A stretch of 38,649 nucleotides of DNA from a virus: the IMG/VR virus record IMGVR_UViG_3300017708_000540. One strand, written 5' to 3'. Of the stretch, positions 34,802 to 38,649 are shown piece by piece; the first letter of the stretch is position 1; each line of letters begins with the position of its first letter. The position numbers and the translations under genes are program-made. The notes below the pieces were generated by a model. It saw only the letters and a program-made list of their open reading frames with translations. It searched no databases and was not told the DNA's origin.

Positions 34802-34840
34802 AGGCAATGCCTAGCCATAGCGACCAGGCATTTGCCATAT
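34802..34840 (-). promoter_or_regulatory. Conserved intergenic stem-loop, copy A
   Basis: GGCAATGCCT (34803-34812) pairs with AGGCATTTGCC (34826-34836), giving 10 bp with a 1-nt bulge and a 13-nt loop. The identical 14-mer GGCATTTGCCATAT lies at 34827-34840. Confidence 0.6.
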
Positions 34841-34843
34841 ATC

Positions 34844-35026
34844 TTATGATATATCTTTCTTAATAGCTTCAATATCTAACTTTTGATTTTCAGCTAGTTT
34901 TACAACCAAACGTTTAATAAACATTAAGTCAGCATACGTTGTCTTGTTTAGATACATAGTTTTACTAGCAACATGTGCTTTCTTTTCTTCTGCTGATCTA
35001 TCAGCATACATAGGTTGGTCAGTCAT
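34844..35026 (-). CDS. Hypothetical protein
   Basis: Start preferred at MTDQPMYADR (SD AAGGAGAC upstream of the ATG at 35026). Confidence 0.5.
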   Translation of the reverse strand: MTDQPMYADRSAEEKKAHVASKTMYLNKTTYADLMFIKRLVVKLAENQKLDIEAIKKDIS

Positions 35027-35027
35027 A

Positions 35028-35222
35028 TTAGTCTCCTTTCTGACAATTATTGATATTACTTGCAATAGCGATAATTGGTTTCTTCATCTGAAACCTCATC
35101 ATCTCCTGTTGTCTCATCTTTTCCACAGCTAATTCTGGGAAAGGGAACTCGTACTGAATAAGCTCATAGTTAACAATCTTATCAGTATCTTCTTCTAGTC
35201 TCTTAGTCATTTGGTAGTCCAT
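35028..35222 (-). CDS. Hypothetical protein
   Basis: 64 aa with SD AGGAGGG upstream of the ATG at 35222. Confidence 0.5.
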   Translation of the reverse strand: MDYQMTKRLEEDTDKIVNYELIQYEFPFPELAVEKMRQQEMMRFQMKKPIIAIASNINNCQKGD

Positions 35223-35230
35223 ATACCCTC

Positions 35231-35356
35231 CTATTTCTTATCTTCCGAAGTAATTGATTTCCACATTTTGTAACTGAATATACCTCCTACGATATACCCA
35301 GCTATCATTAACACTAACCATAAAGCTAGTAGACTTAATACAATAGTACTTAACAT
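35231..35356 (-). CDS. Small membrane protein, first gene of the minus-strand early block
   Basis: Start preferred at MLSTIVLSLLALWLVLMIAGYIVGGIFSYKMW (SD AAAGGA upstream of the ATG at 35356). It has a single TM segment. Confidence 0.45.
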   Translation of the reverse strand: MLSTIVLSLLALWLVLMIAGYIVGGIFSYKMWKSITSEDKK

Positions 35357-35527
35357 ATTATCCTTTCTGACATCTCCATGAATGTCTTGATTATTGCACT
35401 TATTTACGTCCATCTCTAATATAGGACAATCATGTTGACCTATAATATCAATGGTTTAAATCATAATCGGTAATCAGTATATCAATGGATTTCGCCCAAT
35501 GTATACCAATTACCAATATATCTACAA

Positions 35528-35563
35528 CGATTTGCTGTTGCTACTGGCAACAATAGCAAATCG
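35528..35563. repeat. 36-nt imperfect inverted repeat
   Basis: CGATTTGCT-GTTGC-TACTG-GCAAC-AAT-AGCAAATCG forms 9-bp and 5-bp stems with a 3-nt bulge. Confidence 0.8.
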
Positions 35564-35591
35564 ACACAACATTTTAAGACAAGCGAAGCTT

Positions 35592-35631
35592 GACAATGAC
35601 GACAATAAAGACAATTACGACAGTAATTGAC
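35592..35631. repeat. Iteron-like direct repeats with 9-bp period (GACAAT/GACAGT)
   Basis: GACAAT occurs at 35592, 35601 and 35610, GACAGT at 35619 and GAC at 35629. Further GACA/TGTC motifs lie nearby at 35563-35585 and 35659-35670. Confidence 0.8.
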
Positions 35632-35644
35632 GGGTTTTAGAATC

Positions 35645-35689
35645 ACCCCTGCAACATCGACAGTCATGTCGATAGTGCAAATAGGGGGG
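35645..35689. repeat. ~44-nt imperfect palindrome
   Basis: CCCC-TGCA-AC-ATCGACA-GTCA-TGTCGAT-AG-TGCA-AATA-GGGG. The core 7-bp arms lie at 35656-35662 and 35667-35673. Confidence 0.75.
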
Positions 35690-35773
35690 TTTTATACAGC
35701 TACCTCTAAAATAGCCTTTAATGGGGCATAGAGGGGGTTTATTTTAACATTCCCCACAAATGTGGGGGTTTAT
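35684..35773 (+). promoter_or_regulatory. Three G5-6 T3-4 AT boxes plus a CCCCAC/GTGGGG hairpin just upstream of the Lys-rich operon
   Basis: GGGGGGTTTTAT lies at 35684-35695 and GGGGGTTTAT at 35733-35742 and 35764-35773. The hairpin is CCCCAC (35752-35757)-AAAT-GTGGGG (35762-35767). SD AAAGGA lies at 35777. Confidence 0.6.
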
Positions 35774-35788
35774 AACAAAGGAAACAAT

Positions 35789-36055
35789 ATGGCACTACCA
35801 TTTATGGCAGGAGGACACGCTATGCGATTTCTCCGAACTTTATATAAAGGTAAAAAGAAGCTAGGATCAGCAACTAAAAAAGCAGCAGAATTTGCAGCTA
35901 AAAAAGATATGCCTAAAACTAGCCAATTTATTACAGGAGCTTCTCAAAAAGCTCATAAAGGAACAATGACAGCCAAAAAATACGCTAAAAAATATCCGAA
36001 AACTGCAGCAGCAATCTCTGGAGCTGTAGCTTTTGATATGTTTGATGACGACTAA
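35789..36055 (+). CDS. Lys-rich small protein 1 (88 aa) with G/A hydrophobic patch and acidic tip
   Basis: The ATG at 35789 has an SD and is preferred over the GTG at 35762. Translation reads ...KKYAKKYPKTAAAISGAVAFDMFDDD. Confidence 0.55.
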   Translation: MALPFMAGGHAMRFLRTLYKGKKKLGSATKKAAEFAAKKDMPKTSQFITGASQKAHKGTMTAKKYAKKYPKTAAAISGAVAFDMFDDD

Positions 36056-36183
36056 TGGCAAAACAGAAGTTTGTTCACTTCGTACCTAGGCCAAAACCCA
36101 AAAAAAGACCTAGAATACACAAGAAGAACAAAAATAAATCAGAAAAACGAGACTTTAAAAAATATCATAGGCAGGGCAGATGA
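36055..36183 (+). CDS. Lys/Arg-rich micro-protein 2 (42 aa)
   Basis: TAATG coupling. Translation is MAKQKFVHFVPRPKPKKRPRIHKKNKNKSEKRDFKKYHRQGR. Confidence 0.45.
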   Translation: MAKQKFVHFVPRPKPKKRPRIHKKNKNKSEKRDFKKYHRQGR

Positions 36184-36332
36184 GAAACTATCTACAATTT
36201 CCAGTTATTAAAGGATTATCAGCTAAGACTTTAAAGAACAGAGCTAAAAAAAAAGATAAATTCAAAAAAGATTTGAAAGATCCTAAATTTAGAGCTAAAG
36301 CTAAGATTATGGATTACAAATATATATTATAA
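36180..36332 (+). CDS. Lys-rich micro-protein 3 (50 aa)
   Basis: ATGA coupling. Translation is MRNYLQFPVIKGLSAKTLKNRAKKKDKFKKDLKDPKFRAKAKIMDYKYIL. Confidence 0.45.
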   Translation: MRNYLQFPVIKGLSAKTLKNRAKKKDKFKKDLKDPKFRAKAKIMDYKYIL

Positions 36333-36466
36333 TGGCAACACCAAAGAATAAAGCTCTATACAATAGAGTAAAATCAGAAGCTAAACGTAAATTTAAAACG
36401 TGGCCATCAGCATACGCATCAGCGTGGCTTGTCAAAACGTATAAAAAGCGTGGTGGCAAATACTAA
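36332..36466 (+). CDS. Lys-rich micro-protein 4 (44 aa), conserved viral 'WPSAYAS.WLVK.YK..GG' family
   Basis: TAATG coupling. Translation is MATPKNKALYNRVKSEAKRKFKTWPSAYASAWLVKTYKKRGGKY. I recognise this motif from small proteins of marine phages and giant viruses. Function is unknown. Confidence 0.6.
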   Translation: MATPKNKALYNRVKSEAKRKFKTWPSAYASAWLVKTYKKRGGKY

Positions 36467-36687
36467 TGGCTCAAGGTGGACTACGAAAGTGGTTTGCTGA
36501 AGATTGGCGAGATGTCAAGACAGGCAAGAAGTGTGGTAGATCTGGTAAAGAAAAGAAATCTAGACCTTATCCTGCTTGTCGACCAAAAAAAGTAGCAAGT
36601 AGAATAAGTAAATCAGAAGCTCGTAAAAAGACTGGCCCAAGAAAAGTCAAATGGTCAGTTACAGCTTCAGGGAGAAAACGAAAATAA
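36466..36687 (+). CDS. Basic small protein 5 (73 aa), conserved 'KWF.E.W.D....CGR....YP.CRP' family
   Basis: TAATG coupling. Translation is MAQGGLRKWFAEDWRDVKTGKKCGRSGKEKKSRPYPACRPKKVASR.... Confidence 0.6.
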   Translation: MAQGGLRKWFAEDWRDVKTGKKCGRSGKEKKSRPYPACRPKKVASRISKSEARKKTGPRKVKWSVTASGRKRK

Positions 36688-36839
36688 TGATGAAAACAAT
36701 AAAAGCACCTAAAGGATTTCATTGGATGAAAAAAGGTAGCGAATATAAATTAATGAAACATTCAGGTAAATTCAAAGCACATAAAGGTGGATCTTTAACA
36801 GCTAAATTTAAAATTCAAAAAGTACATAAAAATGGCTAA
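36687..36839 (+). CDS. Lys-rich micro-protein 6 (50 aa)
   Basis: TAATG coupling. Translation is MMKTIKAPKGFHWMKKGSEYKLMKHSGKFKAHKGGSLTAKFKIQKVHKNG. The ORF-track start at 36651 lies inside the upstream gene. Confidence 0.5.
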   Translation: MMKTIKAPKGFHWMKKGSEYKLMKHSGKFKAHKGGSLTAKFKIQKVHKNG

Positions 36840-37113
36840 ATCACCTGCATGGCAAAGAAAAGAGGGTAAAGATCCCAAAGGTGGATTAAACCGAAAAGGA
36901 GTAGCGTCATATAGACGAGCTAATCCTGGATCTAAATTAAAAACTGCTGTTACAACTAAGCCATCAAAATTAAAACCAGGATCAAAAGCTGCTAAAAGAC
37001 GTAAATCGTTTTGTGCTAGAATGAAAGGCATGAAGCGTAGACTAACTTCTGCTAAGACTGCTAGAGATCCTAATTCAAGAATAAATAAATCATTAAGAAA
37101 GTGGAATTGCTAA
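36832..37113 (+). CDS. Basic small protein 7 (93 aa), conserved 'W.RKEGK.PKGGLN.KG' family
   Basis: Translation is MAKSPAWQRKEGKDPKGGLNRKGVASYRRANPGSKLK.... Confidence 0.6.
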   Translation: MAKSPAWQRKEGKDPKGGLNRKGVASYRRANPGSKLKTAVTTKPSKLKPGSKAAKRRKSFCARMKGMKRRLTSAKTARDPNSRINKSLRKWNC

Positions 37114-37346
37114 TGAGTAAAAGTTTAGAAAAACTTGCAGATCAAATGATTCGGCTAACGCCTGAAGAAGGGCAAAAACTACAGTTAATTATAAAAGCTA
37201 AGTTAATGCCTGAAATTGCTAAACAACAACAACAAGGGTTATTACAACAAGCTAATAATCCACAAATGGCACAGATGGGAAGTAGACAAGCAAGAATGCC
37301 TGTACCTACTTCTAGAGATGCTGCCATGAGAGGACTACTGAGATGA
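37113..37346 (+). CDS. Small Q-rich protein 8 (77 aa)
   Basis: TAATG coupling at 37111-37115. Translation is MSKSLEKLADQMIRLTPEEGQKLQLIIKAKL...QQQQGLLQQANNPQMAQMGSRQARMP. Confidence 0.5.
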   Translation: MSKSLEKLADQMIRLTPEEGQKLQLIIKAKLMPEIAKQQQQGLLQQANNPQMAQMGSRQARMPVPTSRDAAMRGLLR

Positions 37347-37642
37347 GAATGAAAACTTATGCTTTCCTTGCAAAAACATATACTAGAAAATATATGGGTG
37401 ATGCCAAAGAAGCAATGAAAACATTGGGTGCTAAAATAGAATCTAAAGGTAAAACAGTAAGACCATCTTTAGAAAAGTTTGGCAAAAAAGTAAATAAGCA
37501 TGTAAAAAAACATAAATTAAAATATGCAGCAGGAGCTGGTGGAGCAGTAACTGCAGGTGTTTTTAGTCAACATCAAAAACATAAAAATGATGGTACACAT
37601 GCTAGATTAAAAAAAGAACTTAAAAAGAAAGGATACGTATAA
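37343..37642 (+). CDS. Lys-rich small protein 9 (99 aa) with G/A hydrophobic patch
   Basis: ATGA coupling. Translation reads ...KKHKLKYAAGAGGAVTAGVFSQHQKHKNDGTHARLKKELKKKGYV. Confidence 0.55.
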   Translation: MRMKTYAFLAKTYTRKYMGDAKEAMKTLGAKIESKGKTVRPSLEKFGKKVNKHVKKHKLKYAAGAGGAVTAGVFSQHQKHKNDGTHARLKKELKKKGYV

Positions 37643-37643
37643 T

Positions 37644-37748
37644 ATGCCAATGGTAGGAAAAAAGAAATACCCATACACAAAAAAGGGTAAAGCTGCAGCA
37701 AAAAAAGCTGCAAAAAAAATGGGAAAAAAAGTTAAGAAAGGTTATTAA
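37644..37748 (+). CDS. Lys-rich micro-protein 10 (34 aa)
   Basis: Translation is MPMVGKKKYPYTKKGKAAAKKAAKKMGKKVKKGY. It starts 2 nt after the preceding stop. Confidence 0.45.
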   Translation: MPMVGKKKYPYTKKGKAAAKKAAKKMGKKVKKGY

Positions 37749-37846
37749 TGAAAAACGTATTAACTAAAGCTCAACAAAAATTACCACAACAGCTTAAAAA
37801 TAAAATCATTAAAGCTAAAATGAAAAAGAAAAAGAAGAAAAAATAA
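37748..37846 (+). CDS. Lys-rich micro-protein 11 (32 aa)
   Basis: TAATG coupling. Translation is MKNVLTKAQQKLPQQLKNKIIKAKMKKKKKKK. Confidence 0.4.
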   Translation: MKNVLTKAQQKLPQQLKNKIIKAKMKKKKKKK

Positions 37847-37847
37847 T

Positions 37848-38183
37848 ATGGCTAATGTAAAAGGAAACTACAAAAGTGGAAGAAGCAAAGAACTTGTAAA
37901 ATATACAGTTACAGGTGCTGCTAAAGGTAAAGCTAGACAAGCTGTAGAAGCTAGTAAAAAGTTTATTAAAGATGTAGGAAGCAAAACTACAGGGCAGCAA
38001 AGATTTTTAGGAAAAACATTACCTAAAGCTTTATTTAAAACTGCTAAGTTTGCATTTAAAAATCCTATAATTGCTGGTGGTGCATTTTTAGCACCTGCTG
38101 CTATAAAAAAATTAGGCACACAAAAAGGTATTAAGTTTTCTGAGTTTAGAGAATTTAATAAAAAAGGAAGAAAAGTTATATAA
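37848..38183 (+). CDS. Lys-rich small protein 12 (111 aa) with G/A hydrophobic patch
   Basis: Translation reads ...FKTAKFAFKNPIIAGGAFLAPAAIKKLGTQKG.... TAATG coupling to terS. Confidence 0.55.
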   Translation: MANVKGNYKSGRSKELVKYTVTGAAKGKARQAVEASKKFIKDVGSKTTGQQRFLGKTLPKALFKTAKFAFKNPIIAGGAFLAPAAIKKLGTQKGIKFSEFREFNKKGRKVI

Positions 38184-38500
38184 TGGAAGATGAAACTAAA
38201 CAAAAGAATCCAAATTTAGGTGGTAAAAGACCTGGTGCTGGTAGACCTCCTGGATCTAAAAGTAAAGTATTGTGGAAATCTATGGATCAATTAGCAGAGA
38301 AATATCAACATTCTCCTTTAGATTATTTGTTATCTGTGTTAAACAATCCTGCAAGTGCACCTGAACGTAAATTATTTGCTGCTGAAAAGGCTGCACCTTA
38401 CATTCATCCAAAACTTGCAAGTACTACAACAAAGATAGGAACAGATGCCCCAGTCGAAATTAAAGTCCAATGGGAAAAAGACGAAAGTAAAGATAGTTGA
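38183..38500 (+). CDS. terS: Terminase small subunit candidate
   Basis: 105 aa immediately upstream of and overlapping terL. The N-terminal NLGGKRPGAGRPPGSKSK motif and helical body are typical of small terminase DNA-binding N-termini. Confidence 0.55.
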   Translation: MEDETKQKNPNLGGKRPGAGRPPGSKSKVLWKSMDQLAEKYQHSPLDYLLSVLNNPASAPERKLFAAEKAAPYIHPKLASTTTKIGTDAPVEIKVQWEKDESKDS

Positions 38501-38649
38501 GGTTCCATATAAACCTAGACCTTATCAATTAGAGTGTCACAAATCTTTAAAAAGATTCAATGTTCTAGTATGCCATCGAAGATTTGGTAAATCAGTATTA
38601 TCTATAAATGAATTAATTAAAACAGCAGCAAAGAAACCTAGATCTTTGT
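38445..38649 (+). CDS. terL: Terminase large subunit, N-terminal part (continues across the circular junction into 1-149)
   Basis: ATG at 38445 is preceded by an in-frame TAG. Translation is MPQSKLKSNGKKTKVKIVEVPYKPRPYQLECHKSLKRFNVLVCHRRFGKSVLSINELIK..., with Walker A HRRFGKS. It overlaps the terS 3' end by 56 nt. Confidence 0.7.
   Translation, partial: MPQSKLKSNGKKTKVKIVEVPYKPRPYQLECHKSLKRFNVLVCHRRFGKSVLSINELIKTAAKKPRSL
38527..38649. repeat. Terminal overlap copy 2 (identical to 1-123)
   Basis: Same 123 nt as the window start. Unique genome length is 38526 bp, which is divisible by 3, so reading frames continue across the junction. Confidence 0.95.

Larger units (their letters stand above)
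35414..35788. promoter_or_regulatory. Divergent control region (candidate promoters and/or replication origin), dense in repeats and hairpins
   Basis: This is the non-coding gap between the leftward early block and the rightward Lys-rich operon. It contains direct repeats, iterons, two long inverted repeats and three G5T3AT boxes (listed separately). Confidence 0.6.

Noticed and set aside
35414-35460. A sigma-70 promoter call from the TTGACC and TATAAT hexamers near 35434-35446
   Set aside because: The two hexamers are directly adjacent rather than 16-18 bp apart. Other candidate -35/-10 pairs in the region had poor spacing or poor matches. I made no promoter call.
35482-35667. A 61-aa Cys-rich minus-strand ORF in the control region
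   Set aside because: It is translated entirely from the inverted repeats and iterons, and no SD is evident. It is more likely a by-product of repeat sequence than a gene.
36055-36183. Lys/Arg-rich micro-proteins as phage-encoded ribosomal proteins (bL33, bL34, bL35, bL36 or bS21 type)
   Set aside because: None of the sequences shows the characteristic motifs of those families as I recall them (for example the CxxC pairs of L33/L36 or the S21 helical pattern). I left this as a hypothesis to test rather than an annotation.

Overview
This window is a complete, circularly assembled genome of a visibly AT-rich tailed dsDNA phage. Bases 1-123 are identical to 38527-38649, so the unique length is 38,526 bp.

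Layout:
- (i) A plus-strand late block runs from terS (38183) across the junction through terL, portal, a Bbp19-like small protein, scaffold and a DUF5309/SU10-type major capsid protein. It continues through a small putative cement protein, adaptor and nozzle-like proteins, and a repeat-containing tail fibre. It then contains a ~4.5 kb array of small fibre/receptor-binding-like proteins interleaved with chaperone-like genes. Five internal/ejection-type proteins follow (one of 1068 aa), then a metallophosphoesterase and a lysis-like cassette ending at 25630.
- (ii) A minus-strand early block (35356 down to 25627) holds about 30 small, tightly coupled ORFs. Recognisable ones include an XRE regulator, a DUF3846-like protein, a DUF3310-like protein, an SSB with an acidic ...DEAPF tail and a PD-(D/E)XK-like nuclease.
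- This early block is interrupted by an inverted plus-strand island (about 28250-29899) carrying HTH proteins and a Ref/DUF968-type HNH nuclease.
- (iii) A ~375 bp repeat- and hairpin-rich control region lies at 35414-35788.
- (iv) Downstream of it, 12 translationally coupled genes encode tiny, extremely Lys-rich proteins (35789-38183) directly upstream of terS.

I see no DNA polymerase, primase/helicase, RNA polymerase, integrase, tRNA, CRISPR array or reverse transcriptase.

Most notable observations:
- The Lys-rich micro-ORF operon and its G5T3AT/hairpin leader. This is my best candidate for an undescribed module.
- 9-bp-period GACAAT iterons and long inverted repeats in the control region.
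- An in-frame TAA that splits the otherwise intact terL between Walker A and Walker B.
- The multi-cassette receptor-binding locus.
- A sequence-conserved stem-loop present twice in the early operon.

All homology statements come from motif recognition by eye and need HMM or structure searches.
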